The position numbers were made by a program, and so were the translations under genes. This document shows, piece by piece, positions 13,050 to 25,239 of a stretch of 64,000 bases of DNA; positions within the stretch are counted from its first letter, which is position 1, and each line of letters starts with the position of its first letter. Source of the stretch: Ginglymostoma cirratum (lineage: Eukaryota); the NCBI GenBank assembly GCA_024137785.1, contig JAHRHZ010000043.1:25838026-25902025 (forward strand), written 5' to 3'. The notes under the pieces are model-generated. The model had not been told where the DNA came from. It ran no database searches and was given only the letters and a program-made list of their open reading frames with translations.

Positions 13050-13245
13050 TTCATTCATGGGATGTGGGCACTGTTGGCTAGGCCAACATTTATTGCCCAT
13101 CCCTAATTGCTCTGAGGGTGGTTAAGTGTCAACCACATTGCTGTGGGCCTGGAGTCACATGTAGGCCAGACCAGGTAAGCACAGCAGTTTCCTTCCCAAA
13201 AGGATATTAGCAAACCAGATGGGTTTTTCCAACAATCAACAATGG
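13050..13245 (-). mobile_element. Partial family A tRNA-SINE (3' half)
   Basis: catttattgcccatccctaattg...ggagtcacatgtaggccagaccaggtaag shared with other copies. Confidence 0.75.
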
Positions 13246-13394
13246 CTTGGGGTGTTGCATTGTCAGAAATTTATTTTAAATTAAGCACGGCCTTGTTTGT
13301 AGATTTTGTCCATAAAGGTTTCTCAGCTGTCAGTGCTCCTAATGTCCTGACCAACATATATTTTGCCTTGGGAGCTGGCCTGAATATTGACTTC

Positions 13395-13710
13395 ACCAGT
13401 TTCAAAATCTTTCCTCCACCTACTTGTCCATCTTCTGACTCACCTGTCCACTCTACCCTTCCCACTGACCAACCACAATATCCCCCTACCTGCATCCACC
13501 TATCTCCATCCCACCTACCCTCCCCCCAGCCCCATCCTCCTCCCTCTATTTATTTATTTCTGTGCTCCCCTCCCCATCCCCAATCCTAATGAAGGGTTTC
13601 GGCCCAAAACATTGACTTCCCTGCTCCTCAGATAGTCTGACCAGCTGTGTTTTTCCAGCTCCGCATTTACTGACTCTAGCTTCCAACATCTGCAGTCCTT
13701 ATTGCCTCCA
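13395..13710 (+). mobile_element. Penelope-like pLTR fragment with decayed hammerhead motif at 13582-13617
   Basis: C-rich tract followed by aatcCTAATGAagggtttcggcccAAAACATTgact...ctgctcctcagat. Confidence 0.6.
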
Positions 13711-13889
13711 TATCAATGATTATCCCTAAAATCAATCTGGGACCTTACTGGGTGTAAAATGGTCAACATAACAACAGTAACTGCGTATTAAATGAAGTGG
13801 AGTGTTGCTGAGAGATTGATAAGATGCTTTCTGTAACTGCAGTTCTTTCATTTTCAAACATGGTTAAAGTTCTATTGGAACATTTTCAG

Positions 13890-14015
13890 ATGAAAATGAG
13901 TGTCGCACTAAACCAGGGATATGTCAGAATGGGCGGTGTATCAACACAGTCGGCAGCTACAGATGTGACTGCAATGAAGGATTCTTGGAAAGTCCATCAG
14001 CTACAGAATGTCTGG
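13890..14015 (+). CDS. FBN3: Fibrillin exon, cbEGF36-equivalent ([42 protein letters not shown])
   Basis: ttttcAG acceptor, GTAAGT donor, 126 nt. Confidence 0.95.
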
Positions 14016-14669
14016 GTAAGTGGGCAACCTTGAAGCATCTGCAAGCTCCGTTGGCAGCCTCTTCGGAATCAAGATGAAATTTGATTTTCTTGGGAATATT
14101 GCAGGGAATTTATCAGGAGTAGCAAGAGAGGTGAGGGATCTTAAAATCAAATACTACACAGAGTGAACAGACTGGCTGAGACACCAAGCTGTAATTTCCC
14201 AGTTTGTATTCTCATTCAATGTCCAATATTTAGATGTAGCCAGCAAAATCTAATTTGTTCTGGTTTATTCTGGTGTTTGGCATTTACCATAGCAGCAAAG
14301 CAAAAACTGTCCATTTACCATTTCAGAGTGTATCAGCTAAATCACTAGAACATTAACTCTCTTTTGACTACCTATAATCATGGATTATGCCAAAGAGCTA
14401 ATGGGTAAAGTGGTTGAATATTGAGGATGGGATTTCGTTCTGAACTGAGCTTTATTTATCTGCTGCAGGTTAACTTGAACCAGAACCAGAGTGCTCTTCC
14501 CATAGACTCTCTTGTCAGTGATCATCCCACTGGCAATAAAATACATCTCAGGGGCTGAATCTTTCTGTGTCTGTGGGTGTATGTTTTGGATTGGGTCACA
14601 CTGTGGATGTTCTAGTCTTTGAGGTTCTTTTGTGGGTGTGTGTAAAGCTGCATCTCCATTCATGTTTTT

Positions 14670-15035
14670 TCACTGGAGCGCAGGAGCTTGAGGGGTGACC
14701 TTACAGAGGTTTATAAGATCACAAGGGGCATAGATAAGGTGAAAAGCAAATGTCTTTTCCTTAGGATCAGGGAGTTCAAAACTAAGAGGCATATTTTTAA
14801 GGTGAGAGGAGTGCGATTTAAAAAGGACATGAGGGGCAACTTTTTTTAACTCAGAGTGGTTCATGTGTGGAATGAACTACTAGAGGAAGTGGTGGATGCA
14901 GGTACAGTCACAACGTTTTAAAGATATTTGTCTGAGCACATGAAAAGGAAAGGTTTGGAGGGTTATGGGCGAAGTGCAAGCAGGTGGCACCAGTTGGACT
15001 GAAGGGTCTGTTTCCATACTGTATGATTCTGTGTT
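14670..15035 (+). mobile_element. HER1-type CR1 LINE 3' fragment
   Basis: End of ORF2 (RGDLTEVYKI, F.QRVV..WN.L) and ggactgaagggtctgtttcc...gtatgattct tail. Confidence 0.8.
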
Positions 15036-15470
15036 AAATATTTAACTATGTGAAAAGAATTGACAGGTTAAAGTGATTAATTTGACTTTGAATTTATGGT
15101 ATTCTTTGAATATGCACCAGACCCTAGAAAATTCAGTTGCAATTAAAAACATAGATATTGATATTCCTCTTTTCCAAAGTCTATCTCCGCTTCTTCTGAA
15201 GTTGTTGACTTCCAGTTCCCTGGTTGGTCACCCCACACTGGGGTATTTTTAACTTAGTCCCACATCAGATAGTGCCTTTAGAAGGTGAGTCATTGGAATT
15301 TCATGAAGTTTTCGAAGTTAGAATAACAGGAAGAAGAAATTAAATGAAATGACAAATACAGAATCATTTTTCTTACGTTTAACAATTTTTAACAATGAAA
15401 TTGTGATTCCTATCCTGTTGTCTGTGGATGACCTCTGTAATCCGACCTCACACCCTTTCTTCTAACCTAG

Positions 15471-15677
15471 ATAATCGTCAAGGGTTCTGTTTCATTGAAG
15501 TTTTGCAAACCATGTGCCAAATGTCATCCACCAACCGTAACATAGTCACCAAGTCTGAGTGCTGCTGCAACGGAGGCAGAGGATGGGGCAACCAGTGTGA
15601 GATATGTCCACTGCCTGGCACTGCCCGTTACAAAAAAATGTGCCCACATGGACCTGGATATGCCACAGATGGTAGAG
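15471..15677 (+). CDS. FBN3: Fibrillin exon, TB7 domain ([69 protein letters not shown])
   Basis: aacctAG acceptor, GTAAAG donor, 207 nt, complete 8-Cys TB domain. Confidence 0.96.
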
Positions 15678-16539
15678 GTAAAGCAGATCTATACAGGTCA
15701 CCTCGGTCTTTCAAAATTAGATGTCGCTTGAGTAATTTTCCAAATTTGCATCAACTGAGACCTTTGGTACTTAATGGGTGTGATTTCAAGTGAATGGTCA
15801 GAAAACCATGTACCTATATTTCTAAAATGTGTTTTTAATGGGTGTGGCTTCTGGTCAGACGCAGAAGGTAGGAAAATGACCTCCTCTGTGTACTGGTTAT
15901 GTCAGTGAACTCCCATCTGTTTACTGATAACAAAGTGTTCTATGAGTCATCTCATCAGTCCCTCACTGCAATGTGACTGCTCTCATCCATTTTAAATGTC
16001 TCGTTTGTTCGAGTCCATTATCACTGGCACCTTTCCAAGGTGATGCCAGCATAGAAAAGGCACTATGGGTAAGATGCGCCAATGCCTCAAATTGACATTT
16101 CAGACCGTACTAATCCCCTGCAAAGAAGAGAGTTGTTAGTATGTTTCAGTCTGATAACAGTACCACAGTGTATGCCCTGTTGCACAGCATGAAGACTGAC
16201 TACACTCTTCGTAGATCTGGTCTAACAGACACGCCTTGGAACAACCCTGGAGGACACCAGTCCTACTACTGGTGCAACACCGTCTGACAAACGTTTATTT
16301 CTAGAGAGAGATGAGCCCATAGGACCATGAATCAGTATCTCAGATGAAGTTACAGATCAGCAATACAATGAAGAGAGTATTTTGCCTTCGTGGCACACTT
16401 TTCCATGAATGCGATGCTGTTTAACTCCAGTCCACGTTAAAGGGTCACATCAAATTTGTTTCAAAGTTGAGTCCTTTTCTCGGAACCCAGTGCAGTTCAG
16501 GAACTCAGTATTTCAGGATTCACTGGATTTTGTTTCTAT

Positions 16540-16880
16540 CCATTCATCGGAGGTGGGCATCGCTGGCTGGGCCAGCATCCCTAATCACTCCAGAGGGCAG
16601 TTAAGATTCAACCTCATAGCTATGACTCTGGAGTCAGATGCAGGCCAGACTGGGTAAGGACTGAAGATTTCCTTCCCTGAAGGACATTAGTGAACCAAAT
16701 GGGGTTTTCCAACAATCAGCAACAGTTTCATGGTTATCATTAGACTCTTAATTCCACATCATTACTGAATTCAAATTCTACCGTCTGCTGTGGCGGAATT
16801 CACACCCAAGTCCCCTGGACATTATCTGGGTCTCTAGATTAATAGTCTCACAATAATACCATGAGGCCATTCCCTCCCCC
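16540..16880 (-). mobile_element. Full-length family A tRNA-SINE
   Basis: Minus strand starts gggggagggaatggcctcatggtattattg and is collinear with 34789-35150. Confidence 0.8.
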
Positions 16881-17257
16881 TCTAAAGTTCTATAATGTTA
16901 TACCCTGCCCTGGGCTGACTTCAAACCAACCTTTAGAGTAATTATCCCTCATATACAATTTCTCCTTTGATCTGATGAAATAAAAGGGTTTTTCAACCTT
17001 TCAGGGTTGTTTGAATGCTTTTAAACTAAATTAGTTTCTCTGGATTTCCCCTGTGGCAAACATTGTAGATATCATATCTCCAGCTCTTTCCAAAGTAAGC
17101 CCAGCTACAGTTTTACAGCTCTCCTCTCCAACTTTTCTTAAAAACTAAAACCTAAAAGATAGATTCCTAAAACTGAGTTTGTATTCTTAAAACAAATGAG
17201 CTATGAATTAGATATTCACAACAGCATACAAATACAGATACTTCCTGTACATTTCAG

Positions 17258-17383
17258 ATATCGATGAATGTAGAGTGGTACCAAACTTGTGTAAGAATGG
17301 ACAGTGCATCAATACCATGGGCTCCTTCCGCTGTTTCTGTAATATTGGATACACCACCGACTTGACATCAACCTCCTGTGTTG
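17258..17383 (+). CDS. FBN3: Fibrillin exon, cbEGF37-equivalent ([42 protein letters not shown])
   Basis: atttcAG acceptor, GTGAGA donor, 126 nt. Confidence 0.95.
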
Positions 17384-18413
17384 GTGAGAACCCTTTGTGT
17401 CACCCTTTCTGAGTACAAACTGTAAGTGATGTGGATCACCCTTGCAAGCAAGCTTCTTGTTACACACATCAACATTGTCTTTTTTTAAGGAAAGGTACAT
17501 GCTGTTCTTGAATTGAGACATCCAAGTGACAGCTCAAGGCTAAAATGCTGGATGTCACTAAGGTTGGAAATAATAGGAGAGAAATTGAGGTAAGTTGGGA
17601 AACAGAGGTCAAATGAACAAGTTTTGATTTTAAAAACCTTCAGATTGGGGATGGAGGGAGAAGGGGTAAGACATGTCCAAGCTTTCAGATGCTTGAAGAG
17701 AATGGATTAGGAATTGTGAGAGACTGATAATTTGAGAACAGTGAGGATGCAAGGAACAGGAACAGTGGACTTGGATGGGACATCTGGAGCTCAAGAAGAA
17801 CAAGAAAGAAAAGTTCTAAGAAACACTGACTACTATAACATAAAGAAAGGCAAGGTTAAGATGTGTTAGAGAGCAAGAAGTAAGAGATGAATTGCTTATC
17901 ATACAGGACACTTTCAAAAGGGCCTCAATGAACTCCTCCCATTTTGGAAAAAGGTTCAATAATTGCCTGGGATTGTGCCTTCATAGAGAAATAACAAATA
18001 ATGAGGAAGGGACCCCAAGAATTAGTTTTAATGGAAACCAGTATGTCATGTTAATCTTTTCCAGCAAGACTAGGGTTGAGTGATTGAATGAGAACCAGAA
18101 TGATGGTCCCTAAGAAGGAAATGAAACACAACCAGTACTTTCCTATTTGGTAATCCCAGTGAAAACTATTTGAAACCAAATTTGATTCAACTCCTGATCA
18201 GTGCTGTTCTGAACTGCATTGCTTCTTCCTAAACAGATGCAGCAACAGAGAAGGCTTCCAATGATTGTCTGGAGCAATGCACTCAGTGGTTATCTAGAAC
18301 CACACGCACTAACCATGACCCCAATAACCCTGGTGACTCAAAGAACAGGCTACATGGGATTACGAAAAGTAACTCAGAGCATTAACACGTTCTTCCCCGT
18401 TGCTTCCTTACAG

Positions 18414-18536
18414 ATTTCGATGAATGTGCACAGTCTCCCAAACCATGCAACTTCATCTGCAAGAACACGGAAGGTAGCTACCAGTGCTCTTGTCCACGAG
18501 GCTACATCCTGCAGGAAGATGGAAAGACGTGTAAAG
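18414..18536 (+). CDS. FBN3: Fibrillin exon, cbEGF38-equivalent ([41 protein letters not shown])
   Basis: cttacAG acceptor, GTAAGG donor, 123 nt. Confidence 0.95.
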
Positions 18537-18599
18537 GTAAGGAGCTGGCAAGCTGCAAATCATAGGTGTTCTGTGTTGCCCTAGCAAGCAGAATACTTA

Positions 18600-18985
18600 T
18601 GTGTCATTGGTGGCCCAAACAAAAGTGTTCTTTGCCACTGAGTAAGAAGGTTAAAGGTTCAAGTCCCAGTCTAGAGATTTGAGTCTCTGAAAACCTAGGC
18701 TGATGATCACATCACACTAACTAGGGAGTGCTGCTCTGCTTAGACTTTATATCTTTTGAATAAGGTAGTTAATGAATTCCTTTATATTGTCCTGCGTAAT
18801 ATGAAAGATCCCACAGAAGTACTTTGAAGAGAGCCATGAATTTATCCATAGTAACCTGGTCAAATAATATAAAGAAATAGACAGATTATCTGGCTATTGT
18901 CGTGATTCAGTTATGGGATCTTACTGTGCATTAGTTAGTATTTCCTAAATTAGAAGTGACTATGCTACAAACAATAATCATCCAG
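18600..18985 (+). mobile_element. Deu-domain SINE (SacSINE1/AmnSINE1-like), decayed
   Basis: B-box ggttcaagtccc, then aaagatcccac...tttgaaga...acagattatctgg...tgggatcttactgtgca resembling the Deu domain as I recall it. Confidence 0.65.
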
Positions 18986-19710
18986 CACCTGGTTCTGCAG
19001 GGGATATCAGAGGAGAGACAGAAACAATTGACCTCCACACATTTTGTGGTTGAGGGACATCCCCATTGGTGATAGGAAACAACCTTCTGAAAATGACGTG
19101 CATTTAAATTGTACCAACCTGGTGCAAGGGTGAAAAGAAACTTCTTTCTTCATTTTTGAGAATTCCACTTTTTGGCCTCAGGTAGAATTTTCAAGTTCAG
19201 GAAGTTTCCCAATAGAGTTTGACTGATCTCCCTTTAGTGATATCAATCTGAATCAGCTCCCTTCTCCAACACCTGTTCTGCTTAAATTACCCTGAATAGG
19301 GGAAATGATTTTATAAACTGTAACCCTACCAAAGGATTGGGAGTTTTGTTCCTGCATCCTGCAGTTCTTGGCTCACATGCCAGTGTGCAGTCTCGTTAAC
19401 ATCACTTATTATTTTAAGAGATTTAATCAATTCAGCCAGGCAGCTGCCTGAATCCCAAGCTGGTCCCTTGGCAAAAGTGTTTCTAATACTGAAGAACTGA
19501 GACTATGAAACTTATTCTAGAAAAGGTGCTTTTCACTTCACTTTAAAACCACAACCCACGAACCCCAATGCTAAGAATAGTGCCATTTCACTTCCTGAAG
19601 TGTTATTTCCATTAATCGTTCCCCAGCATTATTCCCATTTCTTATCTCTCTCAAATAATTTCTATTTCATGTCTCCCTGGATTTTTCTTTTTTCTTTGTT
19701 AATCCCATAG

Positions 19711-19827
19711 ATCTTGATGAATGTTCAACCAAACAGCATAACTGTCAGTTCCTGTGTGTTAACACAATTGGATCCTTTGCGTGCAAATGTCCGCCTGGTT
19801 TCACACAACACCACACATCATGCATCG
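19711..19827 (+). CDS. FBN3: Fibrillin exon, cbEGF39-equivalent ([39 protein letters not shown])
   Basis: cccatAG acceptor, GTGAGT donor, 117 nt. Confidence 0.95.
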
Positions 19828-20109
19828 GTGAGTAAATGTGAACAGTTGCAAAGGACTGCTTTATATTCCAAAGCATTTCCAAATCTGTATTGATTCCTAC
19901 TTGAGTCAGTTAGAATTGTTCAGAGTTAACCCTTCCTTGCCTGTTTGGGTTAACTCAGTGCGGTTCTGAGCCATTCTGTGTGACACAGTTCATGGCTCAA
20001 AATATTGATGTGATCAAGAACTCTGCTTCAGAATCGAGGTTTCCCCTACAAAGGGAGTAGACCCATGCATTGGTTGGGTGGGTAGATAAATACCCTGTGC
20101 AGTGTGATA

Positions 20110-21010
20110 TTCCCTGCCTAATGTGGGTTGAGTGGTTATGTTCACTGCCCAGTGTGTGTTAGGTGCTATGTTCAGTGCCCAGTGTGTGTAGAGTGGTATG
20201 TTCAGTGCCCAGTGTGTGCTGGGTGGGTAATCACTGCCCAGTGTGTGCTGGGTGGGTAATCACTGCCCAGTGTGTATTGGGTGTGTTCACTGCCCAGTGT
20301 GTGTCGAGTGCTATGTTCACTACCCAGTGTGTGTTAGGTGCTATGTTCACTGCCCGGTGTGTGTTAGGTGCTATGTTCACTACCCAGTGTGTGTTGGGTG
20401 CTATGTTCACTGCCCAGTGTGTGTTGAGTGGTATATTCACTGCCCAGTGTGTACTGGGTGGTATATTCACTGCCCAGTGTGTGCTGGGTGGGTAATCACT
20501 GCCCAGTGTGTGCTGGGTGGGTAATCACTGCCCAGTGTGTGCTGTGTGTATAATCACTGCCCAGTGTGTGCTGGGTGGGTAATCACTGCCCAGTCTGTGT
20601 TGGGTGGGTGTGTTCACTGCCCAGTCTGTGTTGGGTGGGTGTGTTCACTGCCCAGTGTGTGTTGAGTGGGTGTGTTCACTGCCCAGTGTGTGCTGGATGG
20701 TATATTCACTGCCCAGTGTGTGTTGGGTGGGTAATCACTGCCCAGCGTGTGTTAGGTGGGTAATCACTTACGAGTGTGTGCTGGGTGTATAATCACTGCC
20801 TAGTCTGTGCTGTGTGTATAATCACTGCCCAGTGTGTGCTGTGTGTATAATCACTGCCCAGTGTGTGCTGGATGGGTAATCACTGCCCAGTGTGCGTTGG
20901 GTGTACGTTCACTGCCCAGTGTGCATTAGGTGTATGTTCGCTGCCCAGTGTGTGCTGGGCGTGTAATCGCTGCCCAGTGAGTGTTGGGTGGGTAAGTCCA
21001 CTCCCCAATG
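20110..21010. repeat. Minisatellite, ~30 units of 27-31 bp with core cactgcccagtgtgtg
   Basis: Counted directly; it generates all the Cys/Val-rich ORFs between 20163 and 21090. Confidence 0.95.
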
Positions 21011-21382
21011 ACTGCTGTTTTGGTGCGATCACTGTTTGTCACAGACTCTCACAAAGCAAGAAAATCCCTGGTTCATTTGCCAAGCTGTGATAGGTCAGTC
21101 AATCCAAGCTGCAACTGAAATAAACGTGATGAAATTGGCTTCTGTGCCTCTGATAAAATATTAACCATGGTCCCTGCTCCTGACCACTATCCATTGACCT
21201 CTATGAGAAACACATCTGTGTATGTGTGTCGACAACGACTGAGGGCGTGATCAATCTTAGCTTTGGTTTACATCTCTCCTCACCCCATTTCCCTATGCAC
21301 AACCATCATGGATACCTGATGTAATTTGTATTTATTCACTGAGTGCCCTTAGTAAAATAACTTTATCATCTCTTGACAACAG

Positions 21383-21511
21383 ACAATAATGAATGCATGG
21401 GCCAGCCTACAATCTGTGGTTCAAAGGGCACGTGCCAGAATACACCAGGAAGCTTCAGCTGTGACTGCCAGAAGGGTTTCTCATTGGATGGCACTGGTTT
21501 TAATTGTGAAG
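21383..21511 (+). CDS. FBN3: Fibrillin exon, cbEGF40-equivalent (DNNECMGQPTICGSKGTCQNTPGSFSCDCQKGFSLDGTGFNCE)
   Basis: caacAG acceptor, GTAAAA donor, 129 nt. Confidence 0.95.
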
Positions 21512-21659
21512 GTAAAAGGATTGAGAGTGTTTATAGTACACTGAACTGAACAGAAAACGTTTTCTTCACAGGGCCTGAAGAACGAGTCTAATAGTGAAAT
21601 AGACACTGTCCTTGATCCACTGTTAATGTTTAAAAGGTGGCACATCACTCCACCCCACC

Positions 21660-22945
21660 TTTTTAGAGGTTTAGATAAAGGGAATCAGGAGTTCTGGTTC
21701 TAAGTTGCATAATATGGATAGTGTAGGGTTGATGCTCCTGAATTAAATAGAAAGGATAACATAGGAACTGCATAGTGAAATGGTTGATGCATTGGTTTTA
21801 ATTCTCAAATTCCTTAGATTTGGGGAAGGCTCAGTTAGATTGGAAAATAGTTAATGTAACTCCTTTATTCAAAAACAGAGAGAGGCAGACACCTGGAGTT
21901 GACAGGCCAGTTAGCTTTACATCTGATTTAGGGAAGATGTTAGAAGCCAATTTGACAATGTTATAGCAGGGCACTTGGAAAAATTCAGGTAATCAGGCAG
22001 CGATAACATGGTTTAGCAAAAGGAAGTTCATATTTAATCAGGTTTTGCTGGAAAAGCTCAGCAGGTCTGGTAGCATCTATGGAGAGAAATCAGAGTTAAT
22101 GTTTCAGGTCCGGTGACCCTTCCTCAGAACTGAGTTTTTACAATTTATATTAATGACTTGGATGTAGGGACTGAAGGTATGGTTTTAAATTTCCTTATGA
22201 CATAAAGATAGATAGGAATGGAAGTTCTGAAGAAGATATAAGGAAGCGATAAAGAGATGTAGATAAGTGAGTTGGCAAAGATTTGGCAAATAGAGTATGA
22301 TAGGGAAAACATGAAATTATCCATTTTGGCAGGAAGAATACAAAAAAAGCAAAAGGTTAGTGTGCAGGTGCAGCAAGTAATTAGAAAAACTAATAAGAAT
22401 ATTATCATTGTTATGAGGAATATTGAATACAAATGTGAGACCACATCTGAGTCAGTGTACGGTATTATTCCCTTTATTTTAGGAAGGATGTAGATGTGTT
22501 GAACCAGTTCGGAGAAGGTTTACGGTGGTAATATCCGAATGCATGGATTGGACAGGCTAGGTTTGTTTTCCGCTGAAGTTTAGAAGACTAAGAGGCAACT
22601 TCATTGAAACATGCTAAGATCCCTGAGGGGTCTTGACCTGTGGAAGTGAAAAAGATATATCCTTTAACTAGCAGTCAAAAAAATAAGGGATCACTCATTT
22701 AAAACAGATGAGACAAGTTTATTTTTTCTCAGACCGTTGTGAGATTTTGGATCTCTTTCTCAAAAGATGAAGGCAGCAGAGTTTTTGAAAACTGTTAAGG
22801 CAGAGGTAGACTGGTTGTTGAAAAGTAAGGAGGTGGATGGTTATCAAGGTAAGCAGGAAAGTGAAGCAATCAGATCAGCTATAATCTAATTAAATGGCAG
22901 AGCAGGTTCGAGGGGCCGAATGGCATACACCTGTTCTTAATGTGC
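21660..22945 (+). mobile_element. Decayed CR1 LINE with a nested Penelope-like fragment at ~22045-22132
   Basis: W..ANVTPLFK, RPVSFTS and YINDLD RT landmarks plus CR1 3' end aatggcagagcaggttcgaggggccgaatggc. Confidence 0.8.
22094..22131 (-). ncRNA. Minimal type I hammerhead ribozyme motif (one CpG-type substitution in helix III)
   Basis: Minus strand reads AGUU-CUGAGGA-A-GGGUC-ACCG-GACCU-GAAAC-AUU-AACU; stems I and II pair. Confidence 0.65.
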
Positions 22946-24156
22946 ATATTTGTGTGCATGTTTATTGGTTACATTCCTGAATTGCTGTAAATGGCAGAGA
23001 GAAAGTGGAGAGGGGAGCGTGAAGAAGTAGTTCCTGGGGTAGCTGCCTTGTAGAATGAGATGACTGTGTTTCAGTCTCCACCAGCTTCTGTTGAGAGTCT
23101 TATCCTTTTGAGAGACTAGGAGAATCATCCAACGCTCCTGTGACCCTGACAACAACAGACTTGTCCTTATATCTGGCCAAGGGTGAAATCACATAAAGCA
23201 ACAGCATGAATTGAGCCATAGAATTACAAAGCAAGCAGGAAGCCATTCAGCCCTGTATGCCTGTTCCAGATCTTTCAAAAAGCTATCCAATTTGTAATCT
23301 TTCCCCCATAGCCCTGTTGGAGAAGAAAGCATGAAGACTTTAGCTCAAGAACTGAAAATTGTACCTACTGCTGATAGGATCAAATCACCATTATTGGTCC
23401 AACCCAAACTGGAGTCAGTTTTAAGTCCACCCAGAGATGCCATTAATATGTTAAGATGTTCAGTGCCAAACTTGTCTTACATGTCTTTTTACTCAAACAT
23501 TTCAGCAGTCTTTGCAGTTTTAGTTGTCCCATGAATAATCTTTTGGCCATTTGTTCCTATACCTTGATGTATTTTCGTCTGAGAAGCTTTGGAATCCCCA
23601 TTTTGCCACTGAAAGGGTGGTGGGTTGGGCTTCTGCCCATCAATCCTCATCCTGACTCTGTCACAGATTCCAGCTCTCTCCCTCGGTCTGCCAGACTTTA
23701 TCATAGGTCAGGACAATGGAGACCTAGTGACAATGGGTTCCAACTCAAATTCTTCCCAATCATTCATTCATTCATGCCAAGATTACAGGCAAAGTTGTTC
23801 ACAGTTCATTCATTTTGAACCAGATTCAACAGAAAATCAGACATACTTTAGTGAATTATTTATATAATTCTTCTTATGTACTGATGTGCAAATAACTATA
23901 GAGTAAGGATGTATAGAAGCCAATTGCTCCTATTGTGGAATGTAATTTGGATTAAAGACCATACCTGACCCATGTTGTATTGAATGGATTTCTGATTCAG
24001 GCTCAAGTCTTTAAGTTTCTAATGATCTTGAGACTGCATGTTTGGTCCCTGTAAGTAACTGTACGTCCAGAAGCAGCTCTGTTTCACTTCTCTTGATGCC
24101 AGATCTCATCTAATATCTGACTAACTCAGGTTCTTTCCTTACTCACTGACCCACAG

Positions 24157-24276
24157 ATATTGATGAGTGTGATGGGAACCATCGGTGTCAGCACGGCTGC
24201 CAGAATATGCTGGGTGGATACAGATGCAGCTGCCCTCAAGGCTACATGCAACACTATCAGTGGAACCAGTGTGTGG
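24157..24276 (+). CDS. FBN3: Fibrillin exon, cbEGF41-equivalent ([40 protein letters not shown])
   Basis: ccacAG acceptor, GTGAGT donor, 120 nt. Confidence 0.95.
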
Positions 24277-25239
24277 GTGAGTATTAGAGCTCTTGGGATC
24301 AGGTGATCTGGGAAACTTCAGTGTTATTGAAAATGAGGGAGTCACTGCAACTCCCACTTAACTTGTCAATGGTACAGATTGGCACCACAATAGTAGTTAG
24401 CAGCATATGAGTGTCAGCTGGAACACATTGCTAACTTTAGATTGATGCCTAAGGAGTGACTCTCTAATCTTAGTGACATGGAATGAGGTAATGCCTGAAC
24501 ATGAGCAGGTTACAGCCCCTTCAGTGGCAGGAATCGTGTGTAGTGTGACAGAACAGAGGGGAAAGGGGGCAAAACAAAAACAGAAGATAAAACTTGAAAT
24601 AAAGTTTGAAAATTAATTCACCGGAGTTGCAATTTCAAAAAAAAGTTAGGATGATCCCTACTCAGGACAACTTCGATTCAGAAATCACCAGTCACCCATT
24701 GTCAAGGTGAAGTTCAGGATTGAACTGCTTAAACAATTACACAGAAGGAAACTGTCTCAAACGTAACTAGAGACAAGTGGAAAATGCTCTACCCAGTCAG
24801 GTAGTGGGTTGGTTAGGAAGTTCCCTTGGTCAATGTTAGGTTTGTGCTGAGACAGCTAGCTTCAGTCAAGGCAGCAATAGGATTGTGGCAACTGGCCTCA
24901 GTGTTCCTGGGCTGGGGAGGAGTGAGTTAAAATTCCAATTTCACTTTCCACTGTATCTCAGTACATGTGACAGTAATAAATCAAATCAAAATGATGTGAA
25001 AACGCCTGCTTGACAATCAAAATAGATGAGATTTTGTGAATGCGGGCAGGGGTCATCATATGACCTTCCCCATGTCCCTAGTACAGGATGGCTAGGTGTC
25101 TAAGCCTATGCACCAAGAATGAAGGGTTACAGATGTGACCATGGGACCGTATCTCAGGGAGTGTCAGTACTTTCAGGGCAGCAAGTGAGAATATTATTGA
25201 AGACGTTGCTTTGCTAATCTCCCTTTGACTGTTTTGCAG

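Noticed and set aside
20110-21010. CRISPR-like array or Cys-rich (CPVC repeat) protein
   Set aside because: The inter-core segments are near-identical variants rather than unique spacers, there are no cas genes and the context is a vertebrate intron; the ORFs are translation artefacts of a stop-poor minisatellite
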